DNA from: Escherichia coli
GTDB lineage: Bacteria; Pseudomonadota; Gammaproteobacteria; Enterobacterales; Enterobacteriaceae
Assembly: GCF_024298765.1 (NCBI RefSeq)
Contig: NZ_CP101210.1
DNA length: 64,000 nucleotides
Direction: 5' to 3' (one strand)
Positions 45,725-56,936 of the stretch are shown here, piece by piece. The position numbers were made by a program, and so were the translations under genes. The notes beneath the pieces are model-generated. The model was not told where the DNA came from. It was given only the letters and a program-made list of their open reading frames with translations, and searched no databases. The number at the start of each line of letters is the position of its first letter. The first letter of the stretch is position 1.

Positions 45725-46849
45725 TCATGCCAGTGGACTCATTACCCTCTGTTTGAGTAGTTCAAATCCGGCTCGACCATACATCTGGCGTTTCAACATC
45801 TTCAGGCGATTTACATGACCTTCGACAACACCATTACTCCAGCGACTGCTGATTGCCTCACATATAGCCGCAGCATCAGCTTCCATCCCCGCAGCCACGC
45901 ACCGAAGTTCTGCTGAGCCGCTTTCGTGGACTCGAGTGAACAAGCTGCTTAGCTGTGATTTATTTTGGGTTTTCAGAATACGGTAGAACTCGAGTACCAG
46001 TTGCTGCGCTATTTTCAGCTCCGGTTCTTTTTCACACATCAGACTAATAAATCGGGAAGCATAATTTTCTTCACCCCTGATTATTAACCAGTGGCTTACC
46101 CGGGACACTGAAGGAAGTCTGAAGGAAGTCTGACGGCAGTAGTAACCGGTGGGATCCAGCCTTTACGCGATTTGGCAACAGCATCCCTGACGATGGTTTC
46201 ACTGCCTGTACCCCCCTGGCCACCATTTCCCGCCATATCCTGCTGGCGTTATAATTACCACTTTCTCGTTGCTCTTTTAACCACTCCCTCCATGGGTCCA
46301 GAAGCCCTCGCTTTGGAGGCCGGGTTGACATTTCAGGGAATGTTCCTGAACGCCCCCTGCGACTGACTGTCACACGCGACAGGCCTGTAATACGGGATAT
46401 TTCCCTGAAACTACATCCCTTGTTATGCAGGGCCATAACCTCTGTCCAAAGCTGATGCCGTTTTTTGCGGGTTTGCTGTTTAAGGCGTTCCGGACGACGG
46501 AGCGATACTGCAGGCACAGATGGTTTTGCCCGGGTTATTCCTTTGGTGACAACTAACTGGTAACAAGACGTATCAGAGTCATATGTCTGTACATCATTCG
46601 TTCAGGCGCATCGCCAATATTGTTTAGCAGAAGCCATCGTTCAGCTACCTGTCTGGCCTGAGGTGCACCTTCACGTGCTGCTGTCGCATTGATTCCGCAG
46701 CGATCACGCGAGACAACCTGTATTTCCGGATATTTTCTGAACCAGGTCGCCAGCGTATGCTGATCGCGACCGTGCAACAGGACGAGGGGACGGTGAGTAT
46801 CAAGATTGACTATTAACATACCGCAGCAGTGGCCCCGATGCCACGCCAC
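45725..46849 (-). pseudogene. ISL3-family transposase, broken into three frames
   Basis: ORFs 46553-46849, 46071-46517 and 45725-46108 together resemble an ISL3-family transposase, including the C-terminal WSNGVVEGHVNRLKMLKRQMYGRAGFELLKQRV signature. Confidence 0.65.
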
Positions 46850-47611
46850 TCATCAATACCGACATGGGGCGAGCCTGACAGTTTCGTCTCCAGGGTATTA
46901 TAAGCCTGCGAAGAAGAGTATCTGCACTGCAACGGAGACCCACTGTCGTTGCTGCCCGTTTTCCAGCCTCACCTCCGGCTATTAATCCCATCTGACGCTG
47001 TAAATTTTGTAACGACTGTGAAGACTGCTGGTGTGAACTGGCTAAGGGAGCAAGCGACCCGGCAAAAATTTTACGTGAACAAGCCGGGTTACGGCAGTAC
47101 CAGTGGCGGACGGAAAATACAAGCCATAGCGTCTGGCCTGTGCAGGGTAGATGCTGTATCCGGCGCCGGGGACAACTATGAACAGAATCGCTACGCTTAA
47201 AGCATTCAGGACATTGCGCTGTTTTGCGTTTTCCGCGGAGATGGAGGGTTATACCGTCAGATCTAATAATTTGTCGACTGCATTACCATCCGCAAGGTAA
47301 CTGTAGAAGTGTCTTAAGAGAGTGCATTGCGTTGCCCATAACTGAAAACAGCTTAGATCCTTGTTCACCAGAAAGTTTCATCCATTTTCTTCCACCCAGG
47401 TTGCGGAAGAGCTACTTTTCATCCGTCGTTGACAAATAATGATGAGATAGTCACAGAGCAGCGTTTGGGAAGCGCACAATCACAATATTGTACGGTTGCA
47501 TTATCGCGGTAGAGTATACCTAGACTGGCCCCCTGAATCTCCAGACAACCAGTATCACTTATTTAAGTGATAGTCTTAATACTAGTTTTTAGACTAGTCA
47601 TTGGAGAGCAG

Positions 47612-47977
47612 ATGATTGATGTCTTAGGACCGGAGAAACGCAGACGGCGTACCACACAGGAAAAGATCGCAATTGTTCAGCAGAGCTTTGAACCGGGGAT
47701 GACGGTCTCCCTCGTTGCCCGGCAACATGGTGTAGCAGCCAGCCAGTTATTTCTCTGGCGTAAGCAATACCAGGAAGGAAGTCTTACTGCTGTCGCCGCC
47801 GGAGAACAGGTTGTTCCTGCCTCTGAACTTGCTGCCGCCATGAAGCAGATTAAAGAACTCCAGCGCCTGCTCGGCAAGAAAACGATGGAAAATGAACTCC
47901 TCAAAGAAGCCGTTGAATATGGACGGGCAAAAAAGTGGATAGCGCACGCGCCCTTATTGCCCGGGGATGGGGAGTAA
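47612..47977 (+). CDS. insC: IS2 OrfA (InsC)
   Basis: Translation from [26 protein letters not shown] matches IS2 InsC. Confidence 0.9.
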
Positions 47978-48840
47978 GCTTAGTCAGCCGTTGTCTCCGG
48001 GTGTCGCGTGCGCAGTTGCACGTCATTCTCAGACGAACCGATGACTGGATGGATGGCCGCCGCAGTCGTCACACTGATGATACGGATGTGCTTCTCCGTA
48101 TACACCATGTTATCGGAGAGCTGCCCACGTATGGTTATCGTCGGGTATGGGCGCTGCTTCGCAGACAAGCAGAACTTGATGGTATGCCTGCGATCAATGC
48201 CAAACGTGTTTACCGGATCATGCGCCAGAATGCGCTGTTGCTTGAGCGAAAACCTGCTGTACCGCCATCGAAACGGGCACATACAGGCAGAGTGGCCGTG
48301 AAAGAAAGCAATCAGCGATGGTGCTCTGACGGGTTCGAGTTCTGCTGTGATAACGGAGAGAGACTGCGTGTCACGTTCGCGCTGGACTGCTGTGATCGTG
48401 AGGCACTGCACTGGGCGGTCACTACCGGCGGCTTCAACAGTGAAACAGTACAGGACGTCATGCTGGGAGCGGTGGAACGCCGCTTCGGCAACGATCTTCC
48501 GTCGTCTCCAGTGGAGTGGCTGACGGATAATGGTTCATGCTACCGGGCTAATGAAACACGCCAGTTCGCCCGGATGTTGGGACTTGAACCGAAGAACACG
48601 GCGGTGCGGAGTCCGGAGAGTAACGGAATCGCAGAGAGCTTCGTGAAAACGATAAAGCGTGACTACATCAGTATCATGCCCAAACCAGACGGGTTAACGG
48701 CAGCAAAGAACCTTGCAGAGGCGTTCGAGCATTATAACGAATGGCATCCGCATAGTGCGCTGGGTTATCGCTCGCCACGGGAATATCTGCGGCAGCGGGC
48801 TTGTAATGGGTTAAGTGATAACAGATGTCTGGAAATATAG
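47935..48840 (+). CDS. insD: IS2 OrfB (InsD) transposase
   Basis: 301-aa translation matches IS2 InsD (DDE integrase fold). Overlaps insC in the -1 frame. Confidence 0.9.
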
Positions 48841-49174
48841 GGGCAAATCCACTTCTATAAATAATACTAATTAACCTTTATTATTTTTTAATGGTACATG
48901 AACTGTTTTTAGCTGTAACGATAAACAAATCGCCCAAAACGAAAAATACTGGTTATCATTGCTCAGAAAACTCGTACGAGTGGCAGCTTCCCCCCTGAGC
49001 AATGCTTCATTTTCGGTGGTTCTGTGTGATAGAGTTATGCTGACTACAGTGGCAGTAACACTACTTTCCACCACACGAGGATAAAACCAGTCAAAAAATC
49101 AATTATATGAATTAAAAGTATTTTTTATGAAATGTTATGCATATCAACCAGTATGATTAACAGAAAATTTCATC

Positions 49175-49966
49175 ATGACAACACGTATAACTTTCAATAT
49201 GACCAGTGATGAGACGCTGCGAATTGTGGATGAGTACTGTCATACCCACAAACTTTCGCGCTCTAAGGTAATCGACGCATTACTCAGCGCCACAGCACCT
49301 GTCCTTAACGATATTAACTGTTATTATCAACTTGCAGGCAAACTGCAGTCACGCTTATTAAATGGAGTGTATCAACGGGATCTTCCTCACAAACGCAATG
49401 TCGTCAGTGCAGAGAAGTATTGTCTGGAGATCTGGGAAAACAAACTTTTCACCAAAAGAATCCTGGAGTTTGACAGTTCAAATGGTGTTCTGTACGCGCT
49501 GAAACATAAAAGACACTATCGCCGGGATAAGATGATTGGACGGGTTGAAAGCCGGCGTATCAAAGACATTTGCGAATACCAGATGCAACTGTCCGGGGAG
49601 AAGGCAAAATATGCCTGTTTTATTTATATTGAAAGAACAATATACAATCACGATAATCCATCCGGTGGGACACCTGTAAAAGCGGCTGTTGGTAATGCAG
49701 TCATCCTGCTGGCAAAAGACGTGATATATGACGAGTACTTTTTTGATCTGCGGCAGTCATTTTTCGTGAGCGTTAAAGATCTGATGGCCTCTGGCGCAAA
49801 AGGTATTCCGGAGACACAGAAATATCCGGACGTTTATTGCTGGATCCCGCTTTTCTTCATAAATTCCGGCGTGGTCATTACCCCGGTCTATAAAATTGAT
49901 CCCCGGAAACCCGTAACGGTAAAAAAACCGGATCAGATCACTGTTGTTTGTAATTACAGAGAATAA
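49175..49966 (+). CDS. hypothetical protein, 263 aa
   Basis: Uninterrupted ORF upstream of an AlpA-family gene. No family recognised. Confidence 0.45.
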   Translation: MTTRITFNMTSDETLRIVDEYCHTHKLSRSKVIDALLSATAPVLNDINCYYQLAGKLQSRLLNGVYQRDLPHKRNVVSAEKYCLEIWENKLFTKRILEFDSSNGVLYALKHKRHYRRDKMIGRVESRRIKDICEYQMQLSGEKAKYACFIYIERTIYNHDNPSGGTPVKAAVGNAVILLAKDVIYDEYFFDLRQSFFVSVKDLMASGAKGIPETQKYPDVYCWIPLFFINSGVVITPVYKIDPRKPVTVKKPDQITVVCNYRE

Positions 49967-50349
49967 TCTCAGTCTTCTCCGCTCACCGCAACAGTGTTTA
50001 CCTCGCTTTATCTTCCGTTCAGTAAATACAAACCTCCGCTCTGGCAGGTACAGGGCGTGGTTTATCTCCGGTACTCCCCTGCACAGTAATAATCATCACT
50101 GAAAATACTGATCCCGTCACGGCAAAACGCCATCCCATATTCCGGCAACACAAAATCATCTTCCGTTTATACCGGCTTCACTGACAAAACAGACAACCTG
50201 TATTGCCTGTACACAACAGTTTCTCTCCTGGCAGGAATATTCCCCTACTGATTTTTTACGTTTCTCCCCGGTTGTTATGCCGGTGAAGGTGGTGCGTTGT
50301 TTTCATCATCAACGCCGGCTGAGATTAACAACATCCGGAGGAGATTTTT

Positions 50350-50556
50350 ATGACCACCCCAGTTTCGCTGATGGATGACCAGATGGTCGATATGACGTTT
50401 ATCACTCAGCTGACCGGCCTGACCGATAAGTGGTTTTACAAGCTCATCAAGGATGGGGCCTTTCCGGCACCCATCAAACTCGGCCGCAGCTCCCGCTGGC
50501 TGAAAAGTGAAGTGGAAGCCTGGCTGCAGGCGCGTATTGCACAGTCCCGTCCGTAA
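50350..50556 (+). CDS. alpA: AlpA-family phage transcriptional regulator
   Basis: 68-aa ORF with AlpA-type HTH signature (FITQLTGLTDKWFYKLIKDGAFPAPIKLGRSSRWLKSEVEAWL). Confidence 0.8.
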   Translation: MTTPVSLMDDQMVDMTFITQLTGLTDKWFYKLIKDGAFPAPIKLGRSSRWLKSEVEAWLQARIAQSRP

Positions 50557-50634
50557 TTTTTAACCACTGGCCCTTCGCCCACAGCAGACGCAATCTCCGG
50601 CCTGCCGGCGGCACTCTGCTGCCTGTTATCCCCC

Positions 50635-51252
50635 GTGAGGAATATGAAAATGAAACCACAGTATCAGACCCGTTACGAGCTGCTCCACGAAAGCTACCAG
50701 AAATGGCTGACCGGCTTCACCCGGCACGCCGTATCCTGGGGCGTGTGTCATCCGAATATCCACTACTTCCAGAATCTGACGCCCGGGTGGGTGTCATTCA
50801 ATGGTGAAAAACCGAAGATTGCCATCGTACCCCGGAGTCTGCACCGGCTGATTTATGGCTCTGACAAACGGGCCACGCCGCCCCTGGATGATGATCTGGT
50901 GGTGAACTTATGCACCAGCGAACATCTGCTGGTTCATCATCCGATGCTGGAAGGGATTCTGCTGTCTGAATGTGAACGTCTGAGGCAGCGTTCTCTGGCA
51001 AATAAACTGATCAGCCTCTTCCGTCAGTTTGGTGGCACGGAGTTGCGCCTCAAACTGGTCTGGCTTTGCTGGCTTGATTTAATGACCGGAAACAGCCTTG
51101 ACGACTGGACGGAGAACCTGAAACGGAAATCAGAAAAAGAGCTGGGGGAATGGATCATCGACCGTCAGAAGCAGAACGCAGCACTGACGGATCTGATGGA
51201 TCAGTACGTGCTCCTGGCATACCGCACAACGGTTGACGGTAACCGTAACTGA
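50635..51252 (+). CDS. hypothetical protein, 205 aa, downstream of alpA
   Basis: ORF immediately after alpA, same strand. No family recognised. Confidence 0.45.
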   Translation: MRNMKMKPQYQTRYELLHESYQKWLTGFTRHAVSWGVCHPNIHYFQNLTPGWVSFNGEKPKIAIVPRSLHRLIYGSDKRATPPLDDDLVVNLCTSEHLLVHHPMLEGILLSECERLRQRSLANKLISLFRQFGGTELRLKLVWLCWLDLMTGNSLDDWTENLKRKSEKELGEWIIDRQKQNAALTDLMDQYVLLAYRTTVDGNRN

Positions 51253-53632
51253 TGCCGGTTGTTTCCGGAAGGTGCGGCAAAATACGGAAATGATGATACC
51301 CCCGGCCCTGCATGCTCACCTGCAGAGCGTGTTCGTCGTCATCATACTGAGCCATGACGGATGTCTTAAGGGCATCCTGTCATTGCTGAGCTGGCATGCT
51401 GCGGTACATGCCTCACCCTGGTGACAATAAGTACATGGCGACAGCACTCCCTGCACCGCAAAAGAGATGTACACGGCCGGATGTTATGGCTGAATGTTTC
51501 TTCGTCAGATATTCAGGAACAGTTGTAGTAACGAATTTTACCGATCTCTGTACACGGCCGGACGCCGTCAGTGTATACGGGCGGACGTTCCATGCTGCAT
51601 GACTACATCCGGCCCGGATGTCAATGAGTCCGTCAGGAACGCTTCGCTTCGAAACCCGGCCTGGATACCAGCGCCGGCACGCCGGGAAGAAGTTGATATG
51701 GTGGTTGCCGGACAACAGCGCTCCTGGATTGACTGCTGCATCACTCAACCACGCTGAATATCAAAGGAGAGCGTTACCGATTAAAAGAGAAACGGAAAGC
51801 TGTGGTGATGACCCAAAACAACACGACAATCAGTGAGGATGGAATGGTGAAAATCAGACTGCATCAGTGTAGAAAATATACTGGCTGGCATGAAAATGGC
51901 CCGGCTCGTGGCGTTGACATATTCTCTCCTGAGCATCCTGAATGACTGCAGTTGCTGTGGAAAAGTAAGCAGTCTCCACCCACGGCACCACTTAACAGAC
52001 ATTCAGTAACTCACCCCAGACTTTCTATAACGCTTATCGGTGCACTGAAAACAGGAGAGTGCGCTTAAAACCGCAGACCGCATTGCGGGTGTTACTGCAT
52101 GACAGCCTGGCGGTATTGTGAAATGTCGGCAGGAACCGATGTCTGCGCAGGGGGAACTTCCGTGATCGGGATAAGTGCAGAAGAAATCAGATCACGACGT
52201 AAACCTGCAGTGCCTGACGCTGCAAGTGGCATTAACCATGGGACGTTGCCGATCCCGGATTGCGGAAACAGGAGCACTATTTTCTGCCGCGGGGAGTACA
52301 TCTGGCAGTAAATCCGGCTCGCTCATCTGACCGTCTCTCTCCCGGAAAAGACCAGAAATGAGATCGTCACCTCAACAGCAGGGAAGATGTCTTGACAGAC
52401 TGGTTATATTGCATACGATTTATGAAGAAAAAGACAGCAAATATGGAGGCTATAGCGGAGAACACCCTACGAAATTCCTGTGAAAAACGATTGAAAAAAC
52501 GATCAGATTCGATTCGTTTTTATATGCTTTTTGGGCACGTGGCGATGACGAACTGTTGCATGTGCAGAGGAGAATGCACCCGGAAGCACCAGAATCATCC
52601 AGAAAGGCAGAACGATTACGCATCAAACCAGGAGACAGCAATATCAGGATAACATACTGATTTAAAATGAATTTACAGCAATACGTGAAAACATTTTTTA
52701 CTTAAAGGAGACAGATGCGCTGAAGACAGTGCAGGTATTTTTATATAAAAATGAGAAGGTTACGGGATGTCTATCCAGCACACTATGACCGGAGAATATC
52801 AGTCAGGCTTAAAAAGACAATAAATACAGTGAGTTAAATACACAGAGAAAACGAAAACGTAGTATCAGAGGGTACATCTTACAACAGAGACTGAATTTCC
52901 GGTTTTTCATAACCGGCACATTCCGGAAAGAGCAGGCTAACCGGAGGCTTTCTGACACCAGTCCCTGGCAGTTTAATCTGTACATCATGTACGGATGTTT
53001 TGTTCGCATTTTTAAAATCGGCAAAAATGCGAGAAGAGCAGCTATATTATGGATGAACTGAAAAGTGCCCGGGAGCAACAAAAAAGGCGTGATGAACGTG
53101 CTGATGGTTCCGTTCCGCTGAAACTGTCCGGAAAAATCCACAAACAGCCTGAAAGTATTGCCCGAAGTCGTGGTGCCCCCCAAAAAAACTGTTGAATGAA
53201 ATGATTGAGCTGGCGTACCAGGATTTTGTGGCAAATGAGCAGCACAAGACTCGGAGTTAAAGACTGCAGGGCCCCGGTTACCAATTCTGCAGCATACACA
53301 ACGAATGTATCCGGCTCTTACCTGTGAGGGGCACGAAAATTATACATTGAGCATGAGTGGATAATCCCGGGTGAGAGTCTCCCGTTTTACACTATTCACT
53401 AAAGGTGAGGCATATCATTCAGTCTCTCTGAATTCTTCATTTCAGTAACTTCAGCTACCTTCGTTTCATCTCCCCCACGAACCGGGGCCGCAGCTTGTTG
53501 TATCAATACCAAATTGTTGGTCATTACTGTCCTGTATCACTGGGCTGGCAAGTGAACTGAAATCCGCACCTTAATATTCTGACTGGCTGCGTACATTCAT
53601 GGCATGAAGCGGCCGGAACGGCTGAGCTGAAG

Positions 53633-53656
53633 GTCCGTTGTGAGCGAACAGCGGAC
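53633..53656. repeat. hairpin repeat family, copy A (GTCCGTTG-TGAGCGAA-CAGCGGAC)
   Basis: Imperfect palindrome sharing flanking homology (GCTGAGCTGAAGGTCCG) with copy B2. Confidence 0.6.
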
Positions 53657-53784
53657 ATTCACTACACATGGTTCAAACATGAACCGGAGCTTTATTGTCT
53701 AGCTGTCAGTGTACTGCGATTTACCCGCTCGGTTGTCCAGAAAATCGGTCTGAAATCCAGTCATTAAAGGGCCTTAGCCTGACA

Positions 53785-54147
53785 TTAAGCAACTTGGTAG
53801 GCGGATAGATAATAGAAATAGGAATGCGCAGGTCTGTCATGTTGCCTAGAACGGTGACAAGCTGTCCGGTGCGAAATCATTCCGGCAGCGACAGGCTCAT
53901 GTGTCAGCCCGACGCCCAGACCGTCAACGAGCATGTGGATCTGCGAGGCGTTATCGTTCGCAGCGATGTTAAAACGAACAATCTGCTCATCTTCTAGAAG
54001 CACAAGTGCTTTAATGACATTAAGGCGGTCTATATGTTGCATTACAGACTTCCTATTGATCTTTACCTGAGGCTGAAGCAACCACGTTAATCCGACTATT
54101 TTTCGATTGCACCATCCACTATCACCATCGATCTTCCCTGAGCACAA
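53785..54147 (-). pseudogene. possible C-terminal fragment of a LysR-type regulator
   Basis: Segment ...VIKALVLLEDEQIVRFNIAANDNASQIHMLVDGLGVGLTHEPVAAGMI... resembles the C-terminal substrate-binding part of LysR regulators. No HTH N-terminus present. Overlaps the 3' end of the ABC ATPase gene. Confidence 0.25.
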
Positions 54148-54863
54148 CGTTCAACTCTCCCGCGTACGCCGTATACCTGCGCAAGGCTCTCTGCATGGAT
54201 CACCGTTTGCGGGTCGCCGCTGTCGATAAGTTTCCCCTCTTTCAGCATGATGACCTGGGCGGCATGCCGCAGTGCGATATTGATATCGTGTAAGACGACC
54301 AGCGTAACCATATTGCGTCTTCGCGTTTCGCGCGATACAACATCCATCACATGGAACTGATAATTGAGATCCAGCGCGCTCAGTGGTTCATCCAGCAATA
54401 ATAATGCGGGGCGGCGAATAAGCGACTGTGCAAGCCCCACCAGCTGCTTCTGACCGCCGGACAGGCTATCGAGGTAGTTCATTGCCAGATGTGCGATGCC
54501 TAGCTCTTCGAGCAGCGCTATAGCCTGCGCCTGATTTTGCCCGGCGCCGGAGGCGCGCTGGGCGACAACCACCGACTCCAGCACCTGTAAATGCACGCCC
54601 TGCGGCAGGGACTGCGGCAGGAACACAACTTTTTCAGCCCGACGAGCAAACGGCAGCGATAAGAGATTCTCTTCATTCAGCCAGGCTTCGCCACTGGCGC
54701 GATTTAGCCCGGCCAGGGCGCGCAGTAGCGTTGATTTACCGCAGCCATTAGGCCCCAGCAGTACAGTGACTTCGCCGCGCGGCAGCGTAGAAATCGACAG
54801 ATGCTCAATAATCCGCCGTTTGCCGTAACCGGCGCACAGCGCATTAATCGTAAGCCCGCTCAT
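54096..54863 (-). CDS. ABC transporter ATP-binding protein (iron-chelate type, FecE/FhuC-like)
   Basis: Walker A GPNGCGKSTLL, ABC signature LSGGQKQ, Walker B LLLDEP. Last gene of a four-gene uptake operon. Confidence 0.85.
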   Translation of the reverse strand: MSGLTINALCAGYGKRRIIEHLSISTLPRGEVTVLLGPNGCGKSTLLRALAGLNRASGEAWLNEENLLSLPFARRAEKVVFLPQSLPQGVHLQVLESVVVAQRASGAGQNQAQAIALLEELGIAHLAMNYLDSLSGGQKQLVGLAQSLIRRPALLLLDEPLSALDLNYQFHVMDVVSRETRRRNMVTLVVLHDINIALRHAAQVIMLKEGKLIDSGDPQTVIHAESLAQVYGVRGRVERCAQGRSMVIVDGAIEK

Positions 54864-55918
54864 GACATACTCCCTCGATGACGCATTACAATGCTCAGAA
54901 AGAACGGAACGCCTACCAGCGAGGTAACAATTCCTACCGGTAAAATGACACCGGGAATGATGTTCTTCGACGCTACCGAGGCCAGCGATAGCACCAGCCC
55001 ACCGATAAGGATGCTTCCGGGCAAATAAAAGCGATGATCTTCTCCCAGCAACAGGCGGGAAATATGCGGTGCAACCAGGCCAATAAAGCCAATTGGCCCC
55101 ACAAACGCAACCGAAAGGGCCGCCAGCAGGCTGATGCGCAGCAGGGAACCCAGGCGCAAACGGCGAACATCAATGCCAAAACTCATCGCCCGCTCTTCGC
55201 CGAGGCGTAGCGCGGTAAGCTGCCAGGCACGACGCAGCGACCAGGGTAAAACAATCGCCATCGCCGCCGCCAGCACCGCCAGTTTCTCCCATGATGCGCG
55301 AGCCAGGCTGCCCATCGTCCAGAACACCAGGCCCTGCAAAGTATCTTCATCGGCGACAAACTGCATAATGGACACCAGCGCATTGAAGGTAAACACCAGC
55401 GCAATCCCAAACAGCACAACGCCCGACGTCGGCACGCGCGTCCAGCGGGTCAGACTATCGAGCAGCAGGGCGGACAGGAGCGCAAAAAGAAAAGCGTTTG
55501 CCGGTATAAACCCGCTTTCGGGAACGCCGGGAATACCGATGCCCAGAACAATCGCCAGCGCTGCGCCAAAGGCCGCCGCCGACGAAACGCCAAGCGTAAA
55601 CGGGCTGGCGAGGGAGTTATTCAGAATAGTTTGCATCTCTGCCCCGGCCAAACCCAGCGCCATTCCTACCAGGAGCGCCATCAGCGCATAGGGCAAACGG
55701 ATGTCCCAAACGATAACCCGCATGCCGTTAGTCGCCCCGGACGGATGCATCAAAGTCTTTATCAGCGAATGTAAAGGGAGCCCTGAGGGGCCGAGGGTGA
55801 AATCGAGCAGCAGCGAAGCAATGATAGCGATAAAAATAACCGCCAGTATTACCAGACGCTGGCGAAAAAGCTGGCGATAGCGGTTCTCGACCGACAGCGT
55901 ACTTTCCAATACAGTCAT
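54860..55918 (-). CDS. ABC transporter permease (FecCD family)
   Basis: 352-aa highly hydrophobic ORF with FecCD/BtuC-like organisation. Overlaps neighbours by 4 bp. Confidence 0.8.
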   Translation of the reverse strand: MTVLESTLSVENRYRQLFRQRLVILAVIFIAIIASLLLDFTLGPSGLPLHSLIKTLMHPSGATNGMRVIVWDIRLPYALMALLVGMALGLAGAEMQTILNNSLASPFTLGVSSAAAFGAALAIVLGIGIPGVPESGFIPANAFLFALLSALLLDSLTRWTRVPTSGVVLFGIALVFTFNALVSIMQFVADEDTLQGLVFWTMGSLARASWEKLAVLAAAMAIVLPWSLRRAWQLTALRLGEERAMSFGIDVRRLRLGSLLRISLLAALSVAFVGPIGFIGLVAPHISRLLLGEDHRFYLPGSILIGGLVLSLASVASKNIIPGVILPVGIVTSLVGVPFFLSIVMRHRGSMS

Positions 55919-55936
55919 GGTTTTTCACAGCCTCCG

Positions 55937-56929
55937 TTAGCGCGGCGGATTGAGCACATCGCTCATCTGCGCATCGCTTAACGTCAGGCCAAAGAACTGC
56001 CGATAAAACTCACGCGTCTCTTTGCGTATATCCACATCAGCAAATCGCGCAGGATAAAGCGTTTTCGCCAGCCACAAAAATTGCAGCGCCTCTTCGCTGG
56101 TTTCACGGCACCACCAGAACATTCCTTTCGGATTAACGTAAACGCGATGATGAATGACCGCGTCCACGCTTGCCCACTGCGGAGAACTCAGAATGGCATC
56201 CGCGTCGCGCTTGTTCATCGCGATGATAACCGCCGGATTGGCAGTGACAATTTTCTCCAGCGCGACTTCACCCGAACGATTTTGTTGATGCTCGCCAAAC
56301 CAATTTTCAGCGATATTTTTGCCGCCGGCCAGGTCAATCCAGTCCTGGTTTAGCGAGGGTCTACCGGTGGTGGTCAGCGGATTGCCCATACTGTGATAGA
56401 GCGACACGCGCTGTGACGCAGGAAGATCTTTCAGGCGCCCGGTGACCAGGGCCACGTTGCGATCGAAGTAGCGTTGATAGGCGAGCGCTTTTTGCTGCGC
56501 ATCGGGCCCCAGCACCGCTGCCGTTTGCTGTACGCGCTGCGTTAACGCCCGCAGTGAATTCGCCTCAAACGCCAGCACCTGCACCCCAGCCTGTTTCAGC
56601 AACGCCTGTTGAGGCACTACCATATTCTGCGGTACAAAAAGCATATCGACCCCCAGCGCGATAATCTGTTCGGGATTGATTTCATGCCCGCTGTTTACGC
56701 TAACTGCTGCGACTTTCTCTATGCGCGGCAGGCTCTGGCGAAACAGGGGGATCCTTTTTGCAATCATCGAGGTTCCGACAATGTTATCGCCGTACCCCAG
56801 CATGGCAATAATGGTATTTTGCGCCGGCCACGGTGACGCGATACGCACCTCCTTGTGCGTATTTTCTGCGTGCAGGCTGGCCGCCAGCAGCAGCGCCAGC
56901 AGCGGAAATAAACGGGAGAGTTTCATCAT
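55937..56929 (-). CDS. periplasmic substrate-binding protein (iron-siderophore/cobalamin type)
   Basis: 330-aa ORF with signal peptide (MMKLSRLFPLLALLLAASLHA). Placed between receptor and permease genes. Confidence 0.75.
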   Translation of the reverse strand: MMKLSRLFPLLALLLAASLHAENTHKEVRIASPWPAQNTIIAMLGYGDNIVGTSMIAKRIPLFRQSLPRIEKVAAVSVNSGHEINPEQIIALGVDMLFVPQNMVVPQQALLKQAGVQVLAFEANSLRALTQRVQQTAAVLGPDAQQKALAYQRYFDRNVALVTGRLKDLPASQRVSLYHSMGNPLTTTGRPSLNQDWIDLAGGKNIAENWFGEHQQNRSGEVALEKIVTANPAVIIAMNKRDADAILSSPQWASVDAVIHHRVYVNPKGMFWWCRETSEEALQFLWLAKTLYPARFADVDIRKETREFYRQFFGLTLSDAQMSDVLNPPR

Positions 56930-56936
56930 TTATCCA

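Larger units (their letters stand above)
47521..48851 (+). mobile_element. IS2, complete 1331-bp element
   Basis: Left end TAGACTGGCCCCCTGAATCTCCAGACAACC at 47521 and right end ...GGAAATATAGGGGCAAATCCA at 48851. Contains insC and insD. No clear 5-bp target duplication seen. Confidence 0.9.

Noticed and set aside
45249-45728. 159-aa minus-strand ORF
   Set aside because: The region is better explained by IS3-family orfA fragments on the plus strand. The translation has no recognisable features.
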